Origin: an uncultured Gemmatimonadales bacterium
GTDB lineage: Bacteria > Gemmatimonadota > Gemmatimonadetes > Longimicrobiales > Longimicrobiaceae
Assembly (NCBI GenBank): GCA_963716255.1
Contig: OY970303.1
Location: 3,744,001-3,808,000, forward strand
DNA: 64,000 bases
Direction of reading: 5' to 3'
The translations under genes and the position numbers were made by a program. The notes under the pieces are model-generated. The model ran no database searches, was not told the DNA's origin, and was given only the letters and a program-made list of their open reading frames with translations. Below, in pieces: positions 9,641 to 18,743 of this stretch; position 1 is the first letter of the stretch, and each line of letters opens with the position of its first letter.

Positions 9641-12295
9641 TCACGTCACCGGCAGCCAGTACGTGGCCTTGACCACGAACCGGTTGTCGCCCCGGGCGGA
9701 AAACGAGTCCCACACGTCGTCCGGCCACACCGGCGCGCCGTTGGCCTCGTCGGCGGAGCGGTCCTGCTGCCACACCACGAACAGCGTGCTCCCCGGCCGC
9801 CACTCCCACCTCACCACCGCGTTGCTGCGCAGCGACCGCACGTTGAAGTCGCGGAAGGGCACGGCGAACTCGCGGGCGCCGTCGCGCACGGTGTACGGCC
9901 CGGACGGCTGCGCCTGGGAGATGGTCGTCCCGTCCGTGCCGTAGCGGCGCAGCCCGTAGCTGCGGGCCGCGGGAAGCTCGCCGAAGTCGTGGTAGCGGCC
10001 GCTGGCGGCGAAGGGCTCGGCGTACAGCTCCAGCGTGAGGTCGGGCGAGAAGGTGTAGTTGAGGCGCACCTGGGTGAGGAAGGTGCGCTGCTCCAGCCCC
10101 GCGAACACGTAGCGCCGCCCGAAGGTGGCCGCCGCGGCCGGGTCGCCGAGCGAGGTGATGAACTGCCGGGCGTACGAGTAGCGCACGTAGTTGGGGTTCA
10201 CGGACAGCTGCCAGCGCGGCCCCGGGCGCACGGACACGCCGCCGGAGACGCGGTAGGTGGGGTCGCCCTCCTCGTTCTGCCCGTAGTAGATGCGTGCGTT
10301 CCAGCGCGTGGGGCGGCCGAAGGGGGTGATCACCTGGCCGATCGTGGCCCACTGCGAGGGATTGCCCATCAGCGGGCCGCCGCGGGTGAGGTCGTCGCTC
10401 TGCGTGCGCGGCGTGTAGAAGGTGGTGAAGTACGCTTCCCAGTAGTTGAGGAAGGTGCCCTCCAGGTCCAGGTACACGTCGCCGTCGGTGCGCACCCCGC
10501 CGTAGTTCCACCCCGCGGACGGGGACACGTACGCCGCCCAGCGGCGGAGCACCGTGCCGGGGGTCGTTTCGCGGTAGCGGAGCTGCCCGAACAGGCCCAG
10601 GTCGTCGGAGGTGGAGATGCTGCCCGCGTCGTTCAGCTCGAAGCCGGGGGACTCGGCGACGCCGCCGGCGGTCCACAGCCAGTGCCTGCCGCTGTTGCGC
10701 GCGGCCTCCACGAAGCCGGTGTAGCCGGTGAGCGAGCTGCGCGAGGGGTCCACCTCCACGTAGTCCGCGTCCGGCCGCTGGAAGTAGCGGGCGCTGGAGC
10801 GCTGCAGGCGGAGGATGGCGGAGGTGTCGCCCTCCACGTGGCTGAAGCCGAGGGCCCCGGCGATGGTGTACTCGCCGCGGCGGAAGCGCAGGTTCCAGTC
10901 GGCGCCGCCGGTGACCGCCTGGCGGTTGAGCAGCCCGGCGAGCGCGCTCCCGTCCTGCAGGTCGCGGCGGACGCCGGTGAGGATGACGCCCGCGGTGGAG
11001 GCGTCGGCCCCGAACTCCTGCTGCAGCCGCACCACCCCGAAGCCGGAGCGCGGGGTGACGCGGACCCGCCCGAACTCGCCCGTCGCCGGGTCGAAGGTGC
11101 GGGCGCTCTCCTCGTCGGTGAGGGCGGCGAGCGCGCCCAGCGAGGTGCCGGACGCCAGGCGCCCCGTGACCTTGGCGGCGCCCAGGATGGTGCTGGTGGA
11201 GGGGAGGTCGTTGTAGCGGTCTCCGTCCAGCAGGTCGCCGCGCGGCGCCGCCCCGATGCGCCGCGAGTAGAAGTAGCTGGGGCCGTTCCCCTGGAGGAGC
11301 TGGCTTCCCTCGATGAAGAAGGGGCGCTTCTCGGAGAAGAACGACTCGAAGGCGCTGAGGTTGACCTCGGCGGGGTCGGCCTCCACCTGGCCGAAGTCGG
11401 GGTTGACGGTGGCCTCCAGCGTCAGGTTGGGCCCCAGCCCCACCTTGAGGTCCGCGCCGGCGCGGGTGGTGAAGGTGCTGCCGTCGTCGAAGGGGTTCCC
11501 CGGCCCGGGCTCGGCGGTGAGGGTGGCGCCGCTGGCCACGTAGGGAAGGATCTCCAGCCGACGGGCGGGGCGGATCCCCGCGATCCCCACCAGCTCGCCC
11601 ATCCGCGACGACCACCCCTTTTCCTTGCTGGGAACGGGGATCCAGAACACGTCCTCCTGGGTGGCCGGGTTCCAGCGATCGATGTTGAGCCCCCACACCT
11701 GCTCGGCGAGGGCGTTGAAGCGCAGCTGCGAGAAGGGGATGCGCAGCTCCGCGGTCCACCCCAGCGAGTCGCGCTGAGACCGGGCCTCCCACACGGGGTC
11801 GAAGGACGCGTCCACGTCCGCCTCGTCGTCGCGGGGATGGTAGAAGTCCATGCGCGTCCCCGCGGCGCTCACCCCGAAGGAGTACGCGGTGCGGCGGTCG
11901 CGGTAGGTGTCCAGCGAGATCCACACGTGCTCCGCCTGCGAGGTGTTGTCGCGGCGGCTCACCGGCGCCTGGATCCTGGACGGGTCGCGCGAGAACATCC
12001 GCAGCCCCACGTACAGCGCGTCGGAGTCGTACAGGAAGCGCACCTCGGTGCGGTCGGTGGGGGCGGCGCCCTCGTCCGGCTGCTTCTGGAGGAAGTCGTC
12101 CAGCACGGGCGCGGCCTGCCAGGCGGCGTCGTCCACCCGGCCGTCGAGCACGGGCGGGGCGCCCTCCAGGCGCACGGCGCGGATCTGCTTGCGCGCGCCC
12201 GGCGGCTGCGCGGCCGCGGGGGCCTGCGCCCACGCCTCGGGCGCGGCGGCGAGGAGGGAAAGGGCGAAGAAAAGGGAGGCGCGGCTGGGCCGCAT
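9641..12295 (-). CDS. CBM9-like / DUF5916 outer-membrane protein
   Basis: Signal peptide; LDGRVDDAAW, WTAELRIPFSQLRF, NPDFGQVEAD, FFSEKRPFF; C-terminal aromatic strand KATYW. Confidence 0.85.
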   Translation of the reverse strand: MRPSRASLFFALSLLAAAPEAWAQAPAAAQPPGARKQIRAVRLEGAPPVLDGRVDDAAWQAAPVLDDFLQKQPDEGAAPTDRTEVRFLYDSDALYVGLRMFSRDPSRIQAPVSRRDNTSQAEHVWISLDTYRDRRTAYSFGVSAAGTRMDFYHPRDDEADVDASFDPVWEARSQRDSLGWTAELRIPFSQLRFNALAEQVWGLNIDRWNPATQEDVFWIPVPSKEKGWSSRMGELVGIAGIRPARRLEILPYVASGATLTAEPGPGNPFDDGSTFTTRAGADLKVGLGPNLTLEATVNPDFGQVEADPAEVNLSAFESFFSEKRPFFIEGSQLLQGNGPSYFYSRRIGAAPRGDLLDGDRYNDLPSTSTILGAAKVTGRLASGTSLGALAALTDEESARTFDPATGEFGRVRVTPRSGFGVVRLQQEFGADASTAGVILTGVRRDLQDGSALAGLLNRQAVTGGADWNLRFRRGEYTIAGALGFSHVEGDTSAILRLQRSSARYFQRPDADYVEVDPSRSSLTGYTGFVEAARNSGRHWLWTAGGVAESPGFELNDAGSISTSDDLGLFGQLRYRETTPGTVLRRWAAYVSPSAGWNYGGVRTDGDVYLDLEGTFLNYWEAYFTTFYTPRTQSDDLTRGGPLMGNPSQWATIGQVITPFGRPTRWNARIYYGQNEEGDPTYRVSGGVSVRPGPRWQLSVNPNYVRYSYARQFITSLGDPAAAATFGRRYVFAGLEQRTFLTQVRLNYTFSPDLTLELYAEPFAASGRYHDFGELPAARSYGLRRYGTDGTTISQAQPSGPYTVRDGAREFAVPFRDFNVRSLRSNAVVRWEWRPGSTLFVVWQQDRSADEANGAPVWPDDVWDSFSARGDNRFVVKATYWLPVT

Positions 12296-12358
12296 GGTAC
12301 GGCTCCTGGATGTACGGGTGAGTGAGGGGGCTACAGTGGGTACCGCGGTCGTGCGTTC

Positions 12359-15118
12359 CTACCAGCGGGCGCGTCTGTGGCCGGCGAAGCGGGCGATCAG
12401 CGCGGCCTCCCACTCCAGGCGGCGGGCCGGGTCCACGGAGTCGCCGGAGTAGCTGCGGCGGAGGCGCCCGTCCGGGCCGCGCTCCACGCGCACCCGCTGC
12501 CGGAAGCGGCCGTGCGACTCGTCCAGGACCAGGACGCCGCCGGGACGGACGTGGATGCCGCCGTCCTCGTCCACCTCCACGTTGCTGGCCTGAAGGGTGG
12601 CGTGGCGCCCGCTGTCGGTGTCGGTCCAGGACATCTCGGTGCTGGAGGAGCCGGTCCGCACGACGGTGTCGGCGGCGGGCGCGGCGGCGGCGCGCCGCGG
12701 CTGCACCCGGGCGAGGACCCGCTCGCGCTCCTGGGTCGAGGGGATCCCCCGCGCCGCGCGCAGGTAGTCCTCCCGCGCCGCGCCGGCGGCAAGGCCGCGG
12801 TCGGCGAGGGCGAGGAGGACGGCGGCGCGGTCGCTGCTGGAGCCGATGCCCTCCGCGGCGCGGACGACGCGCTGCGTGCGCGACAGGTCCATCTCCGGGC
12901 GCCGGACGGCGGCGAGGAGAAGGTCGCGCCGGTCGCCGCCGGAGGGGACCGCCTCCACGGCCCTGAACCAGGCGTCGCGCACGGCGCCGCTGCCGATCCC
13001 GAACCGCTCCACGAAGTCGTGCAGGATGCGGCTCCGGTCGCCGCTGGAGGGGATCCCGTCCAGGGCGCTCAGCAGGTCCAGCCGGGTTTCCGTGGCGAGC
13101 GCCGGGCGCGCGGCGAGCCCGAGGAGGAGGCGCGCGCGGTCCCCGGAAGACGGGATGCCGGGCGTGGCGGCGATCACCTCGCGCAGGATGGTCTGGTTGC
13201 CGCCGCTGTGCGCGGCGACCGCTTCCAGCACCGTGACGCGGTCGCCGCCGGACTCCAGGCTCCGTGCTTCGCGCAGGGCGCGGCGCAGGAGGTCCGGGGC
13301 GGCGGCGCCGCTCCCCAGCGAGGCGACGAGCTCCGCGGCCCGCTCGCCGCTGCTCGCCGGGGCGCCCACCGGCCGGCCGGGCCGCGGCGCGGCGGGGGGC
13401 GCCGGCGGGGCCGGCGCGGGCTTCATCGCCTGGAAGTACTCGGCGAGCGCCCCGGCGAGCCAGCGGCCGGCCTCGGCGTCCCAGGGACGCGCGCGGCCGT
13501 CGACCGTGAACACCCGGCGCACTCCGCCCGCCGCCGGGACGACCTCGGCGCGCCGCCGGCCGCCGGCGTCGTACAGCTCGATCACGAAGCGCCCGCCGGG
13601 GGCCACGCCCGCCACGTCGGTCCGGCCGGAATTGTAGCTCACCCGCCCGGTGGACTCCAGGCTGCCGCCGCACCCCCGGTGGTTGTGCCACGACGCCTCG
13701 CGGCGTCCGTCGTCGTCGACCTCCTCGTGGCGCGAGGCGCCGCCCGTGTCGGGGCAGCGCCCGGACGCGGCGGACGGAACAGAAGTCTCGGCAGCCGCGG
13801 CGCTCCCGTCCAGGGGTCCGGCGCTCCGGTGGAGCGCGGCGAGCTCCGCGGGCCTCCCGTGCTCTGCCGGCGCGGCCCCGGTGCGCGCGGCGGGGGCGGG
13901 GCGCACGGCGGGACCCGGCTGCGGCGGGGCGGCCTCGCCGCGGGACACGGGGCTGAGCGCCGCCAGCAGCCCCACCGCCAGCGACGCGGCCAGGAGCACG
14001 GGGACGGCGAAGCGGCGCGACACGGGGCCGCGCGGGCGCTCCTCGGCGAGCACCGCGAGCAGCCGCCCGCGGATCTGGGAGGGGCGCGCCATGGCGACCG
14101 CCGCGGCGTGCGCCGCGCGGGGCGCGCGGAGGGTGCGCGCCACCTCCAGCAGGTGGCCGGCGTAGTCGGAGGGGCGGGAGCCGGCGCGCAGAACCTGGTC
14201 GTCGCAGGCGTGCTCGCTCTCGGCGCGGAGGCGGGCGGCGGCGGCCCACACCAGCGGGTTGAACCAGTACAGCGCGCACGCCGTTTCCACGGCCAGCAGC
14301 ACGGCCCAGTCGCCGCGGCGCACGTGCGCCAGCTCGTGCAGCAGCACCGCGCGGAGCCGCGCCGCGGGCCACGCTTCCGCGCCGGCGGGGAGGAGGATGC
14401 GCGGGCGGAGCAGCCCCCAGGTCACGGGCATGTCCGCCTCGCCGCCCCGCAGCAGCAGCACGGGCCGCCGCACCCCCGCCTCCGCCCGCAGCCGCTCCAG
14501 CAGCTCGGCCAGCGGCCCGTCCATCACCCAGCGGGCGCGGCCGGCTTCGCCGCGCGTGCGCAGCACGCCCACGAGCAGCGAGCCCAGCCCCAGCAGGGCG
14601 CCCGCCGCCCACACCCCCACGAGCACCAGCGGCCAGCCCAGCGCGAGCGCGCCGTGGTGCACCCTGGCTACGGCGTGCTGCTCCCCCCACGCCGCTTCCG
14701 CGACGGGGTCGCCGGCCGCCGCGACGAGGACGGCTCCGGAGGCGGCGTCGGGGTCGGGGTCGGGCCACGGCTTCGGGTCCGGGTCGGCGGCCACCTCCAC
14801 GGTGAAGGGGATTTCCGCCTCGGGGAACTCGGGCGTTTCCAGCCCCAGGTCGTCCATCGCGGCAGCCAGAGCGTGCGCGGCCCGCGGGAGGGGCACCTCC
14901 AGCGCCGGGAGGAGCTCCGGGAGCAGGGGGAGCGCCAGGAGGCCGGCGAACGCGAGCGCCCACACCAGGTGCCGCGCGGCGGCGGAGGCGCGGCGCAGCA
15001 GCAGCGCCGCGGCGCCCGCGGCGAGGAGGAGGACGCTCCCGCGCAGCGCGGCGCGGAGCAGGGCGTCCAGCCAGGCGCCGTCGGAAAGCGCGGACGCGAC
15101 GAAGATCAGCTCCAGCAT
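12359..15118 (-). CDS. BlaR1/MecR1-like M56 metallopeptidase with long C-terminal repeat domain
   Basis: HELAHVRRGD, YWFNPLVW, ESEHACDD; overlaps the stop of the blaI-like gene. Confidence 0.9.
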   Translation of the reverse strand: MLELIFVASALSDGAWLDALLRAALRGSVLLLAAGAAALLLRRASAAARHLVWALAFAGLLALPLLPELLPALEVPLPRAAHALAAAMDDLGLETPEFPEAEIPFTVEVAADPDPKPWPDPDPDAASGAVLVAAAGDPVAEAAWGEQHAVARVHHGALALGWPLVLVGVWAAGALLGLGSLLVGVLRTRGEAGRARWVMDGPLAELLERLRAEAGVRRPVLLLRGGEADMPVTWGLLRPRILLPAGAEAWPAARLRAVLLHELAHVRRGDWAVLLAVETACALYWFNPLVWAAAARLRAESEHACDDQVLRAGSRPSDYAGHLLEVARTLRAPRAAHAAAVAMARPSQIRGRLLAVLAEERPRGPVSRRFAVPVLLAASLAVGLLAALSPVSRGEAAPPQPGPAVRPAPAARTGAAPAEHGRPAELAALHRSAGPLDGSAAAAETSVPSAASGRCPDTGGASRHEEVDDDGRREASWHNHRGCGGSLESTGRVSYNSGRTDVAGVAPGGRFVIELYDAGGRRRAEVVPAAGGVRRVFTVDGRARPWDAEAGRWLAGALAEYFQAMKPAPAPPAPPAAPRPGRPVGAPASSGERAAELVASLGSGAAAPDLLRRALREARSLESGGDRVTVLEAVAAHSGGNQTILREVIAATPGIPSSGDRARLLLGLAARPALATETRLDLLSALDGIPSSGDRSRILHDFVERFGIGSGAVRDAWFRAVEAVPSGGDRRDLLLAAVRRPEMDLSRTQRVVRAAEGIGSSSDRAAVLLALADRGLAAGAAREDYLRAARGIPSTQERERVLARVQPRRAAAAPAADTVVRTGSSSTEMSWTDTDSGRHATLQASNVEVDEDGGIHVRPGGVLVLDESHGRFRQRVRVERGPDGRLRRSYSGDSVDPARRLEWEAALIARFAGHRRARW

Positions 15119-15510
15119 CAGCGGCCTCCGCTGCGTGCCTGGTCGATGAGGCCGGCGAGCTCGTCGAGCTCGCGGTCGGAGAGCTGCGTGGAGGGGCTGT
15201 CCAGGAGCGCCGCGACCGCGCGCGCCGGCGAGCCCCCGAAGAAGGTGCGCACCAGCCGCTGCATGGCTCCCTCGCGGGCCTCGTCGCGCGGAACGGTGGC
15301 GGAGTACAGGTAGCGCGGCCCGTCCTGCCGGTAGGTCAGGTGTCCCTTGTCCTGGAGCTTGCGCAGCATGGCCCGCACGGCGGAGTAGCTGGGCGGATCG
15401 GGAAGGTCCGCCAGCACCTCGGCCACGGTGGCCTCGCCGCGGCGGTAGACGACGTCCATGATCTGCCGCTCGCGGCGCGCGAGGTCGGAGGCCGGGGTGG
15501 AGTGGGGCAT
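15118..15510 (-). CDS. BlaI/MecI/CopY-family repressor
   Basis: LARRERQIMDVVY...YSAVRAMLRKLQDKG...FFGGS. Confidence 0.92.
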   Translation of the reverse strand: MPHSTPASDLARRERQIMDVVYRRGEATVAEVLADLPDPPSYSAVRAMLRKLQDKGHLTYRQDGPRYLYSATVPRDEAREGAMQRLVRTFFGGSPARAVAALLDSPSTQLSDRELDELAGLIDQARSGGR

Positions 15511-15529
15511 CGGCGGGGCGGGGTGAAGG

Positions 15530-15585
15530 GTGCTACAAAAACAGCAGAGTGCTACCAGGGTAGCACTCGCCCCGCCGGCCGTCAA
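15530..15585 (-). promoter_or_regulatory. Sigma70 promoter with overlapping BlaI-type operator
   Basis: Minus-strand TTGACG-N17-TACCCT; palindrome GAGTGCTACC-AG-GGTAGCACTC at 15547..15568; imperfect second site GTGCTACAAAAACAGCA at 15530. Confidence 0.75.
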
Positions 15586-15648
15586 GAAAAATCTTTTCCG
15601 GGCCGGGGGGGGACGTGGGTGGCCGTCCTTTTCCCCGCCGCGGAATCG

Positions 15649-15677
15649 TTGCCCCCGGATGGATTGTCTCTTACCAT
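15649..15677 (+). promoter_or_regulatory. Sigma70-like promoter of peptide gene 1
   Basis: TTGCCC-N17-TACCAT. Confidence 0.55.
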
Positions 15678-15738
15678 GCTGTGCGAGCACTCACGCCCGC
15701 AGGGGCACGCGGGCCGGACCTCATTCCCGGAGGACATC

Positions 15739-15963
15739 ATGAGCCGTTCGTTCATCCGCCTGCGGCGGACGCTGTTCTGCGTTTCCAGCGCAGCCGTGTT
15801 CGGCATGGGGGCGACCCTGCTCGCAGCCAGCCCGCAGCAGGCGCGAGGCTATCCCTGCCTGCTCGCGAGCTCCCCGTACGTCCCGGAGGACGGCTGCTAC
15901 GGCCAGTGCCCGGTGGGTGGCGGCTACTGCGACGGCTTCAACAGGAACTGCCAGTGCTGGTAG
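15739..15963 (+). CDS. Small secreted six-Cys peptide 1 (defensin-like spacing)
   Basis: GGAGGA RBS; MSRSFIRLRRTLF...FGMGATLLAA leader; core C-x12-C-x3-C-x6-C-x6-C-x-C. Confidence 0.8.
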   Translation: MSRSFIRLRRTLFCVSSAAVFGMGATLLAASPQQARGYPCLLASSPYVPEDGCYGQCPVGGGYCDGFNRNCQCW

Positions 15964-15993
15964 GCTGAACCGGTCCCGGGCCACGCGCGCCGC

Positions 15994-16040
15994 GACGGCA
16001 GACCGGCCCCGCACTCGCCGTGCGGGGCCGGTCTGCCGTC
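15994..16040. terminator. Long hairpin between convergent genes
   Basis: GACGGCAGACCGGCCCCGCAC-tcgcc-GTGCGGGGCCGGTCTGCCGTC. Confidence 0.7.
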
Positions 16041-16345
16041 TACTCCAGCCGCCTCTGCGGCCTCCGGTGCGGGTCGCGCAGCTTCTTCCGCTTCCTGCCC
16101 GGTTTTTCCACGGGCGTGGCCGGCAGCGCCCGGACGCGGCGGTACTGCCGCAGGAGCATGACCCAGAAGATCCACACGCCCACCGCCGCCACCCCCGCCA
16201 GGATGGGAAAGCGGCCGTTGTAGACCCACAGCATGGCGGTGTTGATCACCTGCGCGGCCAGGATCACCCCGCCGAAGGCGAGCAGCCGCTTCTGGCGCCG
16301 GAGCGCCTCTTCCCGCGTGCGGGTGCGTCGTGTGGGAATGGCCAT
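16040..16345 (-). CDS. Small hypothetical membrane protein (2 TM)
   Basis: Two hydrophobic segments with basic ends. Confidence 0.65.
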   Translation of the reverse strand: MAIPTRRTRTREEALRRQKRLLAFGGVILAAQVINTAMLWVYNGRFPILAGVAAVGVWIFWVMLLRQYRRVRALPATPVEKPGRKRKKLRDPHRRPQRRLE

Positions 16346-16402
16346 GGCGGAAAGATGGCGCGGCGCCGCGGGGCGGGGCAAGGGACGGCGACCCCCCTCC
16401 CC

Positions 16403-16538
16403 CCGCGTGAGGGATTCCGGCCCGGAGGGGCGAGACCCGGCGCAGTTTGCCGGGGCTCGACTCCGTTAGCCCGCGTTGTTTGCGGGCTTACGGAGCCGAA
16501 GCCCGACCCCGGCGCCAGCCGGGGGCACGCCCGAACCT
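16403..16538 (-). repeat. Family A repeat, copy 5
   Basis: Central stem AGCCCGC/GCGGGCT. Confidence 0.95.
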
Positions 16539-16565
16539 TGCCGTCCAAAAGCAGTTCGGACGGAC

Positions 16566-18329
16566 CTACGCAACCGCCGCCATGCGCCGCGGCGGGACGG
16601 GCACGTCGCGGGCTTCCGGACCGTCGTCCTCCACCGCGCCCCGGCCCTCCGCGTCGCCGGTGCGGAAGCGCGCCACCTCGCCGCGCAGGTCGTCCGAGAT
16701 GCGCGCCAGCTCCTGCGCCGAGGCGGCCACTTCCTCCATGGAGGCGGTGATCTCCTGGAGCGACGAGGCCGCGTCCTCCAGCGCGGCGGCGTTGCTCTGC
16801 GACTCGGACACCACGTCGCCCAGCGAGCGTGTTCCGCCCGCGCCCCCGGCCTCGGCGGCGCCCACGGAGCGCAGCGCCTCGCGGCTGGACTCGACGATGT
16901 CGCCGGCGGCGCGGGTGATGGCCTCCATGTCGCCCGCCGTCTGCTCCACCACCACCACGATCTCGCGCAGCGCCCGCCCCGCGTTGGCCGCCAGGGTGGC
17001 GCCCTCGCGCGCCTCGTCGGTGCCCTTTTCCATCACCGCCGCGGCGCGCCCCGTCACCTGCTTCATCCGCCCCAGCAGCTCGGACGCCTCCCGGGCCGAG
17101 GTGCCGGAGCGGGTGGCCAGCTTCCCCACCTCTTCGGCCACCACGGCGAAGCCGCGTCCGTGCTCGCCGGCGCGGGCCGCCTCGATGGCCGCGTTCAGCG
17201 CCAGCAGGTTGGTCTGCGAGGCGATCTCGGTGATGACGCCGGTGATGCTCCCGATCTGCTCCGAGAGCGTGCGCAGCTCGCCCATCGCACCGGCGGAGCC
17301 CAGCACCGTGCCGTGGATGCGCTCCATGCTCCCCACCGCCTCCTGGATCACCTCCGAGCCGCGCCGGGCCACGCCCACGGCGTGGTGCGAGGCGGCGGAC
17401 ACGCCGTTCCCCAGGTCGGCCACGCCCTCGATGGAGCGCACCATCCCGCCCAGCGCCGCCGCCATCTGCCGGGTGTTGCGCGACTGCTCCTGCGCGCTGG
17501 TGGCGAGCTGCGTCAGCGAGGCCGCCACCCCCTCCGCCGCCCGCGTGACGTGGTCCGTGGTGTCGGAAAAGTCGCCGGCCACCCCGGTCACCTCCGCGGC
17601 GCGGTCGCGGATGGCGCGGAAGGCGTCCGCCAGCCGCTCCGTGCTGCCGTTCAGCGCGCCCGCCGCGGCGCCCACCACGCCGCTCCCGCCGCGGGCGCGC
17701 ACCGTCAGGTCGCCCTCGCCCAGCAGCGCGGCCACGCGCATCAACTCCTCGCTCTGCCGTGTTTCGGCGGCGAGCAGCCGGGCCATGTGCACCAGCACCG
17801 CCACCTCGAACACCACCCACGCGGCGTGCACCGCGACGATGTGCCAGCCGTGGTGGTCCTGGAAGACGTGCACGGACACGCCCGCGGAGTGCAGCAGGTG
17901 GAAGACCACGTGGTGCGCGGCGGTCACCGCGGCGCCCCACACCGGCACGCGCCAGTCGCGGTACATCAGCAGGAAGGCGAGGATGGCGAAGATGTGGAAG
18001 TGCATCTCGATCATCCCGCCCGTCTGGTGGATGATCAGCGCGGACGACGCCAGCAGCGCCGCGGCGATCGTCAGCCGGGACAGGAGCGTCCCCGGGCGCA
18101 GCCGCGCGGCGCCCCAGCCCAGCGCCACGGCCGGCACGCCCCAGAGCGCGACTTCCAGCCAGGTGCCGCGCAGCGGGGCGAGCGCCGCGAACAGGACCAG
18201 GTGGACCAGGAGGAGGCGGCTGAGGATGCGGTCGGTGTCGCGGTAGCCGGCGGCCAGCAGGGGGCTGTCGGCGGCTTCCGTTGCTGCGGGCGCGGACGGG
18301 ACGGGACGGAGGGCGGGCTGCGTGGGCAT
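16566..18329 (-). CDS. Methyl-accepting chemotaxis protein
   Basis: [33 protein letters not shown]; multi-TM N-terminus with EMHFHIF. Confidence 0.95.
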   Translation of the reverse strand: MPTQPALRPVPSAPAATEAADSPLLAAGYRDTDRILSRLLLVHLVLFAALAPLRGTWLEVALWGVPAVALGWGAARLRPGTLLSRLTIAAALLASSALIIHQTGGMIEMHFHIFAILAFLLMYRDWRVPVWGAAVTAAHHVVFHLLHSAGVSVHVFQDHHGWHIVAVHAAWVVFEVAVLVHMARLLAAETRQSEELMRVAALLGEGDLTVRARGGSGVVGAAAGALNGSTERLADAFRAIRDRAAEVTGVAGDFSDTTDHVTRAAEGVAASLTQLATSAQEQSRNTRQMAAALGGMVRSIEGVADLGNGVSAASHHAVGVARRGSEVIQEAVGSMERIHGTVLGSAGAMGELRTLSEQIGSITGVITEIASQTNLLALNAAIEAARAGEHGRGFAVVAEEVGKLATRSGTSAREASELLGRMKQVTGRAAAVMEKGTDEAREGATLAANAGRALREIVVVVEQTAGDMEAITRAAGDIVESSREALRSVGAAEAGGAGGTRSLGDVVSESQSNAAALEDAASSLQEITASMEEVAASAQELARISDDLRGEVARFRTGDAEGRGAVEDDGPEARDVPVPPRRMAAVA

Positions 18330-18468
18330 GCGGGGGCGCTGCGGGAGTGGGTGGCCGTGTTCAAGGGGTGCACAATCTACGAAGGAATGCGGTGCGGTGG
18401 ATGTTCCCGAACGGGAACGGCGTGGGGCGGGTTACGGCGTGTGCGGATCTTTCTGGACAGGGAGGGCC

Positions 18469-18627
18469 GGGTTCGGGCGTGCCCCCGGCTGGCGCCGGGG
18501 TCGGGCTTCGGCTCCGTAGCACACGAAACGACCGTGTGCAACGAAGTCCAGCCCGCGCAAACAGCCGCGCGGTCTCGCCCCTTCGGGCCGAAATCCCTCA
18601 CGCGGGCATCGCGCTGGCGTCCGCGGG
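18469..18627 (+). repeat. Family A repeat, copy 6
   Basis: Central stem GCACACG/CGTGTGC, loop AAACGAC. Confidence 0.95.
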
Positions 18628-18743
18628 AGGCCCCCTCCCCCCGACCCCATGCCCGGAGCCCGCCGGAGCGCACGCCTTTCAGAACGACGAGGGCCCCGCG
18701 GTGCCAGCCGCGGGGCCCTCGTGGACAGCGTGCTACGTCTCCG

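Noticed and set aside
9615..14963. Very long ORFs (9615..14963, 16476..22580, 54932..59062, 30183..33761, 54..2882)
   Set aside because: Arg/Gly/Pro-rich shadow frames of real genes in high-GC DNA, with no recognisable motifs.
15739..15963. Peptides as lanthipeptide, sactipeptide or ranthipeptide precursors
   Set aside because: No modifying enzyme nearby, a hydrophobic export signal is present, and an even six Cys favours disulfides; trans-acting enzymes cannot be excluded.
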